A DNA stretch of 64,000 nucleotides from an uncultured cyanobacterium (GCA_963749915.1 CAVVOP010000021.1:672001-736000), one strand, 5' to 3'. Positions 42,356-53,371 are shown, numbered from the stretch's first letter. Notes: a model not told the origin generated them from the sequence alone. Program-made: numbers and translations.

Positions 42356-43522
42356 ATGATATTTGATTGGTTAATTGTAGGAGCAGGATATTCAGCTTGT
42401 GTTCTAGCCGAGCGAATTGCGACTCAACTGGGACAGAGGGTATTGATCGTTGAACGGCGAGATCATATTGGTGGCAATGCTTACGATTATTACAATGAGC
42501 ATGGCATCCTGGTTCATAAATACGGTCCTCACATCTTTCATACCAAGTCTAAAAAAGTCTGGGATTATCTCTCTCAATTCACAGAATGGAGACACTACCA
42601 TCATCATGTATTGGGAGTAGTAGAAGGAAAGAAAGTTCCCATTCCTTTTAATCTCAATTCCCTATACGCCCTTTTTCCGCCAAAGTACGCAGAAAGGCTG
42701 GAAAATTTACTGCTAGAAAACTTCGGTTTTGGAGTAAAAGTACCTATTTTAAAACTGCGGGAAAGTACCAGTGGAGATTTAAGTTTTCTCGCTGATTACA
42801 TTTATGAAAATATCTTCCTTCGCTACACCATGAAGCAATGGGGAGTTAAACCAGAAGAACTGGATCGTGGCGTAACGGGGCGCGTACCAGTTTATCTCAG
42901 TCGGGATAATCGTTATTTTCAAGACCCTTACCAAGCAATGCCCAAGCTTGGCTACACGGAAATGTTCCGGCGAATGCTGGCTCATCCCAATATCAAGGTG
43001 TTGCTTAATACCGATTACCGCGAAATCATTAAAGATGTCAAGTTTAATCGGCTAGTTTGTACCGGACCAATCGATACTTTCTTCGACTATATGTATGGGG
43101 AATTGCCCTATCGCAGTCTGCACTTTCAATTCGAGACTTTAGATCAAGAGCAATATCAAGAAGTGGGTACAGTTAACTACCCCAATGACTACGATATCAC
43201 CCGCATTACTGAACAAAAGTATTTGTCAGGACAAACTTCTCCCAAAACTACCTTGGTCAGGGAGTATCCCCAGGCTTATGTACCGGGTCAAAATGACCCC
43301 TATTATCCCATCTTGAATGAGGACAACCGCGATCGCCTGAATCTTTACCTCAAAGAAGTAGAAAACCTCAGGGGTACGGTCTTGTTTGCCGGAAGACTGG
43401 CAGACTACAAGTATTACGACATGGATCAAGCCGTCATTCGAGCTTTAGGGTTGTTTGAAAAAGAAATAGCCCGGCCAACTCAGTTAGAACGAAGTAAACG
43501 AAGAGAGCTAATTTCTGTTTAA
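42356..43522 (+). CDS. glf: UDP-galactopyranose mutase
   Basis: HIGGNAYD, HKYGPHIFHT, LPYRSL, GRLADYKYYDMD. Confidence 0.95.
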   Translation: MIFDWLIVGAGYSACVLAERIATQLGQRVLIVERRDHIGGNAYDYYNEHGILVHKYGPHIFHTKSKKVWDYLSQFTEWRHYHHHVLGVVEGKKVPIPFNLNSLYALFPPKYAERLENLLLENFGFGVKVPILKLRESTSGDLSFLADYIYENIFLRYTMKQWGVKPEELDRGVTGRVPVYLSRDNRYFQDPYQAMPKLGYTEMFRRMLAHPNIKVLLNTDYREIIKDVKFNRLVCTGPIDTFFDYMYGELPYRSLHFQFETLDQEQYQEVGTVNYPNDYDITRITEQKYLSGQTSPKTTLVREYPQAYVPGQNDPYYPILNEDNRDRLNLYLKEVENLRGTVLFAGRLADYKYYDMDQAVIRALGLFEKEIARPTQLERSKRRELISV

Positions 43523-43571
43523 CTCGCCAAAACCTATCGAGATTTAACTATCAAGAATAAGAAAAACTGTC

Positions 43572-44489
43572 ATGAAACAACCACAAGCTATTTTAAATAA
43601 GCAACGTCTCGACTGTCCGATCTGTAATTATCACGTCGATCCGAACAATGAATCGGCATTTGTTACTTTCTCCTGCAACCTGAGAGCCTTTGCCGATGAA
43701 AAATTTAGGGTTTGGCGATGTCCCGATTGCCAGACAATTCACTGTTTAGATGTGGTCGATCTGGACTACTACTACTCAAAATACCCCTATGGTGAGTTAG
43801 CTTTAACACCACCATTACGTCTCGTTTATCAGAATCTATATCGACGGCTTGCCAAACATGGATTTTCCCAGAATCATTCACTGCTCGATTATGGCTGTGG
43901 CAAGGGCTTGTTTATTCAATATCTGCGAGAGCGCGGCTTTAAAAATTGCCACGGATATGATCCCTATGGACCCCCAGAAGATTTCGGCGATCCGTCAACT
44001 CTCCAATGGGGTCAATTTGATTATATATTACTTTCCGATGTAATCGAACACGTTGAAGATCCTTACTCCCTCTTAGCTAAGTTAGACGGTCTCCTCGCCC
44101 CTGGCGGTCAGATTCTGATTGGTACGCCCAATGCAGCCAATATCGACCTGTCCCAGCCCGACCTATCCGATTATTATAACGAAGTTCACGTTCCCTATCA
44201 CCTTCATATCTACACTCGCCAATCAATTGAAGCCCTGGGCAATGGCCAGGGCTGGAAGCCTATTGATTTCTTCGAGCGAGCCTACTACGACGTACCTTGG
44301 TTGGGTTTGAATGCTCGTGCCTGGAATCAATACCAACGCCTCTGCGATGGCACAATTAATGCCGTTGTCGAAGACGCGATCGAGCTAGGGAAAGCATTAA
44401 CTTCTTACAAGTTCATCTTTTATGCAATTTTCGGCTATTGGTTGAGTTTGCGAACGGGGATGGATATTGTGTTTCGCAAAAGTAATTAA
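43572..44489 (+). CDS. Class I SAM-dependent methyltransferase with N-terminal Zn ribbon
   Basis: CPIC/CPDC; LLDYGCGKG; DVIEHVEDP; PGG..GTPN. Confidence 0.9.
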   Translation: MKQPQAILNKQRLDCPICNYHVDPNNESAFVTFSCNLRAFADEKFRVWRCPDCQTIHCLDVVDLDYYYSKYPYGELALTPPLRLVYQNLYRRLAKHGFSQNHSLLDYGCGKGLFIQYLRERGFKNCHGYDPYGPPEDFGDPSTLQWGQFDYILLSDVIEHVEDPYSLLAKLDGLLAPGGQILIGTPNAANIDLSQPDLSDYYNEVHVPYHLHIYTRQSIEALGNGQGWKPIDFFERAYYDVPWLGLNARAWNQYQRLCDGTINAVVEDAIELGKALTSYKFIFYAIFGYWLSLRTGMDIVFRKSN

Positions 44490-44524
44490 TCAAAAGACTC
44501 TTAATTTAAATAAGGAATTTATTT

Positions 44525-45751
44525 ATGAACATATCCCAATCATCTCCTCCAAAAGAAAAATTTGTAATTAACGTCATCACCGGACAGGGTGGTGGCGGGC
44601 ATTACGCCAGCTATCATGCCATCCGCGCTATTGCCGAGCAACAAAAACTACCTTGGCATTTCCAAGTTACTGACATGGATGAAATCATCGCCAACTTAGC
44701 ACGACAAAATCAGGTGAAAAACGCTTATGAAATGTTGGGGTTTTCCGGGCATGACCTCTATAATCTGATGCAAAAAAGTGGTTGGACATGGCTTTGGCCC
44801 TTAAAGATGCGCCTGAATAAATTTTTGGTCAAACTCAATTACGATGTCGGTGTCAAGATTTTTGAGGAATACTGGCGTGAGCAACAGCCCGATTTAGTTG
44901 TCTCTGTAATGCCTTTATACAATAAAGGACTCTCGGAAAGTTTAGAAAAAGCAAAACCAGGAACTCCTTATGTAACTGTTCCCGTAGATTTTGCCGACTA
45001 TCCACCGGCATTTTGGCTCGAGCCAGAAGCTAATAATTACACGGTCTGTGGTACGGAAAAAGCTGTTGAGCAAGCGCGATCCCTGGGAGTAAAAGAGGAG
45101 CTAATCGTTCCATCTTCAGGCATGGTAATTCATCCTCGTTTCTACGAACCCCTAGAAGGCGATCGTCGTGGCGAAAGAGAACGTTTGGGTTTAGATCCTA
45201 ACTGTTTAACGGGAATTGCCATGTTTGGGGGTAACGGCTCTAAAACAATGTTAGAAATTGCCAACCGTCTGGAGTCCTTTGGGGACAAGCTACAACTGAT
45301 ATTCCTTTGCGGACGCAATCAAGAACTGGCGTCAACTTTACGCCAATATCAAGGTATTCAGAAACGGTTTATCACTACTTTTACCGCAGACGTCCCTTAT
45401 TATATGCACCTTGGTGATTTCTTTATCGGCAAACCAGGACCTGGGAGTCTTAGCGAAGCATTGGCAATGAAGTTACCAGTGATTACAGAATGCAATGCTT
45501 CGACCCTTATTCACGAGCGATATAACGCCGAATGGGTTCGGGAGAAAGGAGTAGGATTAGTTGTTCGCAATTTTCGCCAGATCGAAAAGGCGATGGCGCA
45601 GTTTTTAGAGCCAGAAACTTTTGCTCAATATAGAGCCAATGTTGCAGCATTGAACAACCGCGGGGTATTTGAAGTTGCTGCTTTTTTACAAAAGATTTTG
45701 GCTACTAGAGACAAAAAAATAAAAGTCACAGAACTCCTAAAGCAAAATTAG
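44525..45751 (+). CDS. GT28 / MGDG-synthase-like glycosyltransferase
   Basis: GGGGHYAS, LCGRNQEL, IGKPGPGSLSEA. Confidence 0.88.
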   Translation: MNISQSSPPKEKFVINVITGQGGGGHYASYHAIRAIAEQQKLPWHFQVTDMDEIIANLARQNQVKNAYEMLGFSGHDLYNLMQKSGWTWLWPLKMRLNKFLVKLNYDVGVKIFEEYWREQQPDLVVSVMPLYNKGLSESLEKAKPGTPYVTVPVDFADYPPAFWLEPEANNYTVCGTEKAVEQARSLGVKEELIVPSSGMVIHPRFYEPLEGDRRGERERLGLDPNCLTGIAMFGGNGSKTMLEIANRLESFGDKLQLIFLCGRNQELASTLRQYQGIQKRFITTFTADVPYYMHLGDFFIGKPGPGSLSEALAMKLPVITECNASTLIHERYNAEWVREKGVGLVVRNFRQIEKAMAQFLEPETFAQYRANVAALNNRGVFEVAAFLQKILATRDKKIKVTELLKQN

Positions 45752-45765
45752 TTAATTTAATCTCG

Positions 45766-46677
45766 ATGAATGATTTGAATCCATTAAACTCGTTTTTTTT
45801 CGATCATAAAGCTCCGACTTATTTGATAGCACTTATTCTGGAAGTAATTATTCTTTATCCTTTATTTGGTTTCTTTAAATGGTCTCTGCTTTCTAGAATG
45901 AAAATGCCTTTGACTGAACGAAAACTGATTTTCTCCAATCGCAGAAAATACTTTGAACTAAAATATTTTATTAATAGATATGGCGATAGAAATCTGAGAA
46001 TTGTAGATGGTCTTTCTCGCAAGCTGCTTCATATAGCCACAGGTCTTTGGCAGTTGGCAATCTTGAATTTATTGATTAAAGATACTTATGTAGCCTTTAA
46101 AGTTACATTGACTTATCAAATTACTATGGTTTTTCTGAGTATAGTCAGCTATTCATCCAACAAGATCATCGGCTTGGCTGGATTATTGTATGGTGCCTCC
46201 AGTCGAATTCGGGATGGGGTCTATGGTAGAAAAAATCTCTTAGTGGCTCGATTATCATTTCTGAATTTATTACCATTAATGTTCATAGACTCCCTGGCTA
46301 GAAACCAGGTGTCAGATCCAATTAACCTAGTATTTTTTTCATTTTTTATATTTTTGCCTTTAACCATTGGTGATGCTTTAGGTGAAATCATCGGAACTAT
46401 ATGGGGAAAGCAAAAACTCCACGTCTGGGGGGTAGGTGAAATTAATCGCAAATCTCTACTGGGAACAGCTTCTGTTTTTCTTGGGAGTTTATTGCCTCTG
46501 TTGTTAATAGTTTTTTTTAATGGTTTGCCTTGGTCATGGTGGCTAATGTGTCTGTCTATTGCCATCATAACTACTATAGTTGAACTGATTAGTCCCAGAG
46601 GAACAGATAACTTTTTTATCCCTTTAGGTAATGCTTTAGTTTGCCTAATTTTTGTCAATGGGTTCGCCGCTATATAG
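45766..46677 (+). CDS. CTP-dependent phytol/dolichol-kinase-like membrane protein
   Basis: SRKLLHI, IGDALGEIIG..WGK, KSLLGT, GTDNFFIP; multiple hydrophobic segments. Confidence 0.75.
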   Translation: MNDLNPLNSFFFDHKAPTYLIALILEVIILYPLFGFFKWSLLSRMKMPLTERKLIFSNRRKYFELKYFINRYGDRNLRIVDGLSRKLLHIATGLWQLAILNLLIKDTYVAFKVTLTYQITMVFLSIVSYSSNKIIGLAGLLYGASSRIRDGVYGRKNLLVARLSFLNLLPLMFIDSLARNQVSDPINLVFFSFFIFLPLTIGDALGEIIGTIWGKQKLHVWGVGEINRKSLLGTASVFLGSLLPLLLIVFFNGLPWSWWLMCLSIAIITTIVELISPRGTDNFFIPLGNALVCLIFVNGFAAI

Positions 46678-46729
46678 GGGCTAATACAATACTGCTCGGT
46701 TAGTTCCAAAAAGATTACTGTGAGGGAAA

Positions 46730-46776
46730 AGTAATAAGTAATAAGTAATAAGTAATAAGTAATAAGTAATAAGTAA
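46730..46776. repeat. Heptamer short tandem repeat (agtaata)x6
   Basis: Direct reading; STRR-like. Confidence 0.9.
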
Positions 46777-46813
46777 GTAGTATAAAAATCAGGCGTCCAT
46801 CGGGAATGAAAAC

Positions 46814-48049
46814 ATGACTATTGAAATCAAATCTAAACAAAAGTTTTTGATTAATGTTGTTACCGGCAAAGGTGGTGGTGGTCATTACGCCACTTATCAT
46901 GCCATCCGTGCCCTTACCCAGCAGAAACAACTACCTTGGCGTTTCCAAGTCACCGATATGGACGACATTATGGCAAGCATGACAGAGGAAAAAAAGGTAG
47001 TAAATGCTTACAGCCCATTGGGATTCTCTGTACATGACTTGTACAACCTAATGCTGAAAAGCGGTTGGACGTGGCTTTGGCCGTTGCAGATGCGCCTCAA
47101 TAAGCTCCTCGTTAAACTCAATTACGATGCTGGAGTCAAGTTTTTTGAGCAATACTGGTGCGAGCATCAACCTGACATGGTAATTTCCGTCGTGACTATG
47201 TGCAATCAAGTTTTATCAGACGCATTACAGAGAGTTAAACCTGGTACGCCTTATGTAACCATCCCTATCGATTTTGCTGATTATCCGCCGGGGTTTTGGT
47301 TTGAGCCAGCAACTAATAATTATACGGTTTGTGCCACTGAAAAGGCACTCGAACAAGCGCGATCGCTCGGGGTGAAAGAAGAGCTAATCTTCCCCACTTC
47401 CGGGATGGTAATTCACCCTCGTTTTTATGAACCGATGGATTGCGATCGCGCTACCGAAAGACAAAAATTGGGTTTAGACCCAGACTGTTTGACTGGAATT
47501 GTCATGTTTGGTGGTAATGGCTCGCAAGTAATGGTCAAAATAGCTAGGGTTTTGCAGCATTTTGGCGAAAAACTACAACTAATTTTTCTGTGCGGACGCA
47601 ATCAGGAACTAGCAGAAATTTTAGCTAACAATCAAGGTTGTCAAAAAAGATTTGTGGCTACCTTCACTACAGATGTTCCTTACTATATGCATCTTGCCGA
47701 TTTCTTCATCGGGAAACCAGGACCGGGAAGTCTTAGCGAAGCTTTAGCTATGAAGTTGCCAATAATCACCGAATGCAATGCTTCTACTCTAATTCATGAA
47801 AAATACAATACCGAGTGGGTTCAAGAAAAGCAAGTCGGTTTGGTACTGCCTAATTTTCGCCAGATAGATCATGCCGTCGAACAGTTTTTGCAGCCGGAAA
47901 CCTTTGCTCGTTACCAAGCTAATGTCGCTGATGTAAACAATCGCGCTGTGTTTGAGGTAGCCGATCTCTTACAGGAAATTCTTGCAAATCACTACCAGCC
48001 AGTATTGTCGGAAACCCTCAGGCAAATACTTCAAGTGGGCTACCCATGA
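46814..48049 (+). CDS. GT28 / MGDG-synthase-like glycosyltransferase (close paralogue of 44525)
   Basis: GGGGHYAT, KSGWTWLWPL, IGKPGPGSLSEA. Confidence 0.88.
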   Translation: MTIEIKSKQKFLINVVTGKGGGGHYATYHAIRALTQQKQLPWRFQVTDMDDIMASMTEEKKVVNAYSPLGFSVHDLYNLMLKSGWTWLWPLQMRLNKLLVKLNYDAGVKFFEQYWCEHQPDMVISVVTMCNQVLSDALQRVKPGTPYVTIPIDFADYPPGFWFEPATNNYTVCATEKALEQARSLGVKEELIFPTSGMVIHPRFYEPMDCDRATERQKLGLDPDCLTGIVMFGGNGSQVMVKIARVLQHFGEKLQLIFLCGRNQELAEILANNQGCQKRFVATFTTDVPYYMHLADFFIGKPGPGSLSEALAMKLPIITECNASTLIHEKYNTEWVQEKQVGLVLPNFRQIDHAVEQFLQPETFARYQANVADVNNRAVFEVADLLQEILANHYQPVLSETLRQILQVGYP

Positions 48050-48166
48050 TGACGTAATCGCTCCGGATTTTCCCCTCAAGTGCGTTGAGGTACTCGAACG
48101 AGATCCTTCCGTGGTCTTGTGTCACTTCCAGACAAATTGTGCTAGGACAAGTTTTTAGGTGTAACT

Positions 48167-49732
48167 ATGAAATCAATTCAAAAAAAACAAATCGAGAACC
48201 AAAAAACAATAACGCAGACCAAACAAAATCGTTTCAAAGTGCTCACGCTATCGGCGATGTGTTTGACACTTTTCATGACTAATCTCAATGATACGGTTAT
48301 GAATGTGGCACTTCCCCAAATTCAAATAATTTTGGGTTCTAATGTGTCGGGATTACAATGGATTCTCAACGCCTACACCCTAACGGCAGCTAGTCTCATG
48401 CTGCCAAGTGGAACCTTGGGAGATATTTATGGACGCAAGCGAGTTTTTCTGATGGGACTGGTAATTTTTACCATTGCTTCTCTAGCCTGCGGACTCGCTC
48501 CCAATTTGGCCACTTTGATTGTCGGACGAATGCTCCAAGGAATAGGTGCTGCTGCCTTAATCCCAACTTCTCTGGCCATCCTCACCGATACTTTCCCCGA
48601 ACCGACGGAGAAAACTAAAGCGATTGGTGTTTGGTCTGCGGTGTCAGGAATTGCTCTGGTTCTAGGTCCGGTGTTTGGTGGAGTCCTGGTAGATAATTTG
48701 GGATGGCAGAGCGTGTTCTTTCTTAATCTACCCCTAGGTGCGCTCGCTTTTTGGGTGAGTTGTCGTTTTGTTGGGAAAGGTAGACATCCCAGTCAGCAAA
48801 GTATAGATTTACTAGGTATCTTGCTGAGTGTCGGCTTACTAGCTTCGGTTACCTATGTTCTGACGGAGGGAAATACGTCGGTTGGGCGATCGCTCTGGCT
48901 ATTAGCAATTGCTATCTTTAGTTTGCTAGCATTTCTGTTGGTTGAGTCCCACAGTCGTCACCCGATGTTGCCCCTCAAGCTGTTCCAAAAACCAGCATTT
49001 GCTGTAGTTAATCTGGTCAATATTCTGGTATTTTTTACTTTCCTGAGCTTAATCTTCATTTTTAGTCTTTTCCTGCAGCAAGTACAGGGATATTCAGCTA
49101 CGGCAGCAGGAATGCGCTTTTTGCCCCTGAATGGAGCCTTTGTGAGCGCCTTGCTCGTTTCTGGATGGTTTGCAGCTCGGCTCGGCTGGCGTTTTACGAT
49201 CGCAGCAGGATTGATGCTGGCGAGCGTAGCGACCTTTTCTTTTATCCGCATCGGTGCCAATACCGAGTATGGAGTAATGTGGGCGGGGCTGGTTCTCTCA
49301 GGTTTTGGCGGTGGATTGACTCTGGCACCCTTAGCAACGGTAGCTTTAAGTTCTGTACTCCCAACTCAAGTGGGAATTGCTTCCGCCTTACTCAACGTCA
49401 CCACCCGTTTCGGTGGTGTTTTGGGAATTGCCCTCCAGGGCAAGATTCTTTCTCAAAGGCTCACCTTAGACTTGACCAGATCTCTCTCTGATTGGAACTT
49501 GCCCTCTACCTTGCAAGAGCGATTAATCGCCGCTGCTTTGCATGGCGGTTCCAAAGTTCCCAATGCCCTTCCCCTGAGCATTTCTCCCTCAGTTTGGCAT
49601 CAAGCCTTTAGTCAAGCATTTGTGTCGGGGTTACATGCTGCTATTTTAATCGCCAGTGTTGTTCTCTTAGTTGGAGCATTTTTAATTCTGGTGTTTGTAC
49701 CACCGATGCTGAAGGAGCGATCCCAGGTTTGA
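48167..49732 (+). CDS. DHA2 family MFS efflux transporter
   Basis: NVALPQI, WILNAYTL, GDIYGRKRVF, WQSVFFLNLP. Confidence 0.92.
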   Translation: MKSIQKKQIENQKTITQTKQNRFKVLTLSAMCLTLFMTNLNDTVMNVALPQIQIILGSNVSGLQWILNAYTLTAASLMLPSGTLGDIYGRKRVFLMGLVIFTIASLACGLAPNLATLIVGRMLQGIGAAALIPTSLAILTDTFPEPTEKTKAIGVWSAVSGIALVLGPVFGGVLVDNLGWQSVFFLNLPLGALAFWVSCRFVGKGRHPSQQSIDLLGILLSVGLLASVTYVLTEGNTSVGRSLWLLAIAIFSLLAFLLVESHSRHPMLPLKLFQKPAFAVVNLVNILVFFTFLSLIFIFSLFLQQVQGYSATAAGMRFLPLNGAFVSALLVSGWFAARLGWRFTIAAGLMLASVATFSFIRIGANTEYGVMWAGLVLSGFGGGLTLAPLATVALSSVLPTQVGIASALLNVTTRFGGVLGIALQGKILSQRLTLDLTRSLSDWNLPSTLQERLIAAALHGGSKVPNALPLSISPSVWHQAFSQAFVSGLHAAILIASVVLLVGAFLILVFVPPMLKERSQV

Positions 49733-49930
49733 ATTGAGATCATTGAGTATTGTGGATTAAACTCAGCAATTCTATAAAGTAAAGAGACAAACAAAATTGT
49801 TTGAGAAAAGGAGAAAATGTGACACAAAATACTTGACAAAACTTTCCGGAAGAATTAGTATTTAGTGAGTATTTTCACTTATTCCTCTAAACAACAAATT
49901 AAATATGGTTCCAACAGAAGAACTTTCACG

Positions 49931-50014
49931 AAAAGGAGATTAGAAATCGTGCAGCAAACATCTAATTCTATCCCCTTACCTTCCTTGATTCCGAATCAAA
50001 ATAAATCAAAAACA
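49931..50014. promoter_or_regulatory. Conserved non-coding leader element, copy 2 (upstream of beta-propeller gene)
   Basis: Homologous to 28729-28804; both preceded by acacaaRatacTTGAC (28580, 49822). Confidence 0.6.
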
Positions 50015-50457
50015 CATCCGGCAATTATGACACGTATCAGAAAATTTTATCGAACTTCGTAAAATTTCTTAACAATCAAAACAGCTACGAGAACACCGAT
50101 TCACTATTTAATATTTTCTTAATGTTATGCAATGAACAAGTGCTGAAACTCATATTTTTTGCGTTACATTCTTTGTTTTGTAGTATACAAAAATGTTTAT
50201 TTAATTGGTGTTCTAGAAGGTTTTATTAATCACCACTATGGTTAATTTTGGTACAAAATAATATTCTCCAAAAGTTGCCAAAGGACGAAAGGTACGTTAC
50301 TTATTTAGGGGCTCTTTAATCTTTAGAAAACCTCTTTTTTTAGTGCGGTAATGGGTGCACCCAGAAATCTTCCTTTCCCTCTTGCTCAACTTGGAGACTT
50401 TTTGTGCAACATTTTTCTGAAAAAAAATAGTAAAACATCTACAAAAAGTAAACAATA

Positions 50458-53367
50458 ATGGAAGAGCAAACTTTAAATGTCTCACTGCTGTCCCCTGTCA
50501 GTGATCTGATTTCGGGGGCAGGCACTGATCTCGATCTCATTTTCGGACGGGCCGGGAATGACGTTTTTTATCCGTTTGATCCGCTGGAAGATACTGATGC
50601 CCTGATCAATATTGACATTCTGTTTGGTGATATCTTTGACAACACACCAGAGGAATTTGAGGTCACGCTTGGCCTTGCAGGGGGCGACCCATTTGCCATC
50701 CTAAATGCGGATATTCCATCGATCGGAGCCGATCGATTTGTCCTAGGAGATGAATTTAGACCATATTATACAAGCTCCAATCCGCTCTCTCTGATAACCA
50801 CCAACTTCCTAGGGTTTAATGATTTTGCCCTCATTTATGATTTTGACCCTAATCAAGATACGATCCAACTTAACGGCGATAAAGATGACTACTTGTTGGT
50901 GAAAATAGATGCTCTCTCAGTTAGTGCGATCGCTGGGGGTGAGGCTGTCCCTGGCGACGTAACTGATTTCTCTGGCTATGCACTCTTTTCCCTGGAGTCT
51001 GGCGTCCCTGATGTGGTCAGTTTAATTGCCCAGAAGCCGGACGTGGAATTAAAGCTGGATGATGACGGGTTCCTATTTGTCGGTGATAAACCCGAGGACG
51101 ATCCTGAGGATAAGAAGATTGGCCAGTTTGGCACCACTGGCCTCGATTACGGCTATGCCGTGGCCACTGACACCTATGGCAACCTGTATGTTGCTGGCAC
51201 GACCAGCGGTTCTCTGAATGGCCCCAACCAAGGATCCTCTGATGTTTGGGTTACCAAATATAACTCCAGCGGCAATCAGGTTTTTGCCAAGCAGTTCGGG
51301 TCTGCGGCTGGAGAATCCGTCACCGAAATTATCACCGATAAGGATGGTAATTTCTATCTGGCGGGAAGTACCACCGGCAGCTTTGTTGACACCTTAAAGT
51401 CCACCAGAGGCTCAGATGCTTGGGTGGCTAAATATAGCAGCAACGGCACGATGCTGTGGGGGCGTCAGTTTGGCAGTAGTGCTGCTCAGACGCTGCCGGG
51501 AGATGAGTTTGGCTTCTCCACCAGTGCCTTTGGTTTGCAACTCGATGCCAATGGCGACGTCTATCTGTCTGGACTCACCATCAATGATAACTGGAAAGGA
51601 ATCCTAGACTTTCCGGTCGAGGATGATTCCTGGGTGATCAAGCTGGATGGTGCAACGGGTAACAATGAGTGGACCACCAGCACCAAAATTACGCCGCCGC
51701 CCCAAGATGTAGATCCCAACTTCCCCTTCTTAGCAGCCTTTAGTCCCTTCTTTGATGAAAGCTACGATCTCGCCGTTGACTCCCAAGGTAATTCCTACCT
51801 GGTGGGATGGTCCCAAGGTCTGACCACCATCTCCGACCCCAGTCGAGATTTACAAAAATACGATGTCTGGCTAGCTAAAGTGAACACCGCTGGCGAGATT
51901 GAGTGGGTGCGCCAATTTGGCAGTGCCGATCGGGGTTCAGAATTTGGTTGGGCTGTGGATACTGATGGCCAAGATAATGTCTACGTCTCCGGATGGACAA
52001 ATGGTAACCTAGGAGAACTGAGTGAGGATTTTAAGAAGGCGGCCGCGCGGGACATCTTCCTTGCCAAGTTCACCCCAGACGGTGAGATGGACTTTACCAA
52101 GCAATTTGGCTCTCCGGGCGATGATGGACAGTATTTCTCTGACATGTTCATTGATGCCTCTGACAATATTTTCTTGACGGGGTATACCGATGGTAAGTTG
52201 GGTGACGGCGACGACGACAAAAGCATCAATGCTTGGATCGGCCGCTTTGATACTGCTGGGAACAACCAATGGATTCAACAACTTGGCATCAAGGATAAAG
52301 CTGACTATGCTACCGGCGTGACCGTCAATAGTGGTGGTCAGCTGTTCGTAACTGGATTCACAGAAGGCCTATTGGGCACTAGCAGCAGTGGCAACGCGGG
52401 TTCTGCTGTCGATGCCTGGCTGGCTGAGCTCGATATCGAGAAAGGAAAACTGCAAGAATTTGAAGGGACTTCCGGAAATGTCATCAGCATCGCCGATCCT
52501 GGTGCGATCGCTGTAAGTGATGTAACTGCTCAGTTTCTAGTGGGGGATGACCTGCCTACTGGGACCAAAAATATTCCTAACCCTGGGGCCTATTACGGTG
52601 AGATTCTGGATGGCATGTCTCCCTTCTTTGACCCCAACTCCGCAAATTCCCTCCAGTCGTCCTTGATCGACGCCATGATGAATGATCCCAGTGTCTTTGG
52701 GGGCACCATGCCCAGCCTGAAGCTGGAGGGCTCTGATGGGGTCAATGATGTGCTCATGGGCTTTATGGGCGATGACGAGCTCAAAGGCAAGAAGGGGGAT
52801 GATGAACTCCATGGTCTTGCTGGTGATGACAAGCTGGAGGGCGAAGACGGCAACGATACACTTTTTGGCGGTGCCGGTGAAGATGAAGTCAAAGGTGGTA
52901 AAGACAACGATGAACTTCATGGCGATGCCGATGCTGACAAACTTAAAGGTGATGATGGTGATGACCTGCTCATCGGTGGTGCTGGTAACGATGAACTAGA
53001 GGGTGAAGATGACAACGATACGCTGATTGGTGTGAATCCGGACGCCGCTAAGGCTGGGTTTGGTGAATACGACAAATTAAAAGGCGGTAACGAAGCTGAT
53101 CTCTTTGTTCTTGGGGGGGCTAACCAAGCATACTATGTCGGTCAGGGTAATCTTGATTTCGCCCTAATCGATGACTTCAAGCTAGATCAAGGAGATATGA
53201 TTCAGCTTTACAGCAGTGCTAGCTACAGCCTGGGAGAAAATATATCTGGTCTGGAAAAGGGAACAGCTATCTTCTTTGAAGGCAATGACCTGATTGCTAT
53301 CGTCAAGGATGTCAAAGACCTCAGTCTCACTGATACCAGTGTCTTCTCCTTTGTATTAAGCGAGTAA
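50458..53367 (+). CDS. CylK/BrtB-like SBBP beta-propeller protein with RTX Ca-binding repeats
   Basis: N-terminal GRAGND/DILFGD/GADRFVLGD; repeated vatD..GN.Y..G.T..DaW..K blades; C-terminal GGxGxD-like nonapeptides. Confidence 0.75.
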   Translation: MEEQTLNVSLLSPVSDLISGAGTDLDLIFGRAGNDVFYPFDPLEDTDALINIDILFGDIFDNTPEEFEVTLGLAGGDPFAILNADIPSIGADRFVLGDEFRPYYTSSNPLSLITTNFLGFNDFALIYDFDPNQDTIQLNGDKDDYLLVKIDALSVSAIAGGEAVPGDVTDFSGYALFSLESGVPDVVSLIAQKPDVELKLDDDGFLFVGDKPEDDPEDKKIGQFGTTGLDYGYAVATDTYGNLYVAGTTSGSLNGPNQGSSDVWVTKYNSSGNQVFAKQFGSAAGESVTEIITDKDGNFYLAGSTTGSFVDTLKSTRGSDAWVAKYSSNGTMLWGRQFGSSAAQTLPGDEFGFSTSAFGLQLDANGDVYLSGLTINDNWKGILDFPVEDDSWVIKLDGATGNNEWTTSTKITPPPQDVDPNFPFLAAFSPFFDESYDLAVDSQGNSYLVGWSQGLTTISDPSRDLQKYDVWLAKVNTAGEIEWVRQFGSADRGSEFGWAVDTDGQDNVYVSGWTNGNLGELSEDFKKAAARDIFLAKFTPDGEMDFTKQFGSPGDDGQYFSDMFIDASDNIFLTGYTDGKLGDGDDDKSINAWIGRFDTAGNNQWIQQLGIKDKADYATGVTVNSGGQLFVTGFTEGLLGTSSSGNAGSAVDAWLAELDIEKGKLQEFEGTSGNVISIADPGAIAVSDVTAQFLVGDDLPTGTKNIPNPGAYYGEILDGMSPFFDPNSANSLQSSLIDAMMNDPSVFGGTMPSLKLEGSDGVNDVLMGFMGDDELKGKKGDDELHGLAGDDKLEGEDGNDTLFGGAGEDEVKGGKDNDELHGDADADKLKGDDGDDLLIGGAGNDELEGEDDNDTLIGVNPDAAKAGFGEYDKLKGGNEADLFVLGGANQAYYVGQGNLDFALIDDFKLDQGDMIQLYSSASYSLGENISGLEKGTAIFFEGNDLIAIVKDVKDLSLTDTSVFSFVLSE

Positions 53368-53371
53368 TTAT

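Noticed and set aside
49865..50062. 65-aa ORF over the leader element
   Set aside because: Frame is not preserved in the homologous copy at 28.7 kb; better explained as non-coding
37485..52999. Numerous antisense and alternate-frame ORFs within BGC genes
   Set aside because: Shadow ORFs overlapping well-supported genes
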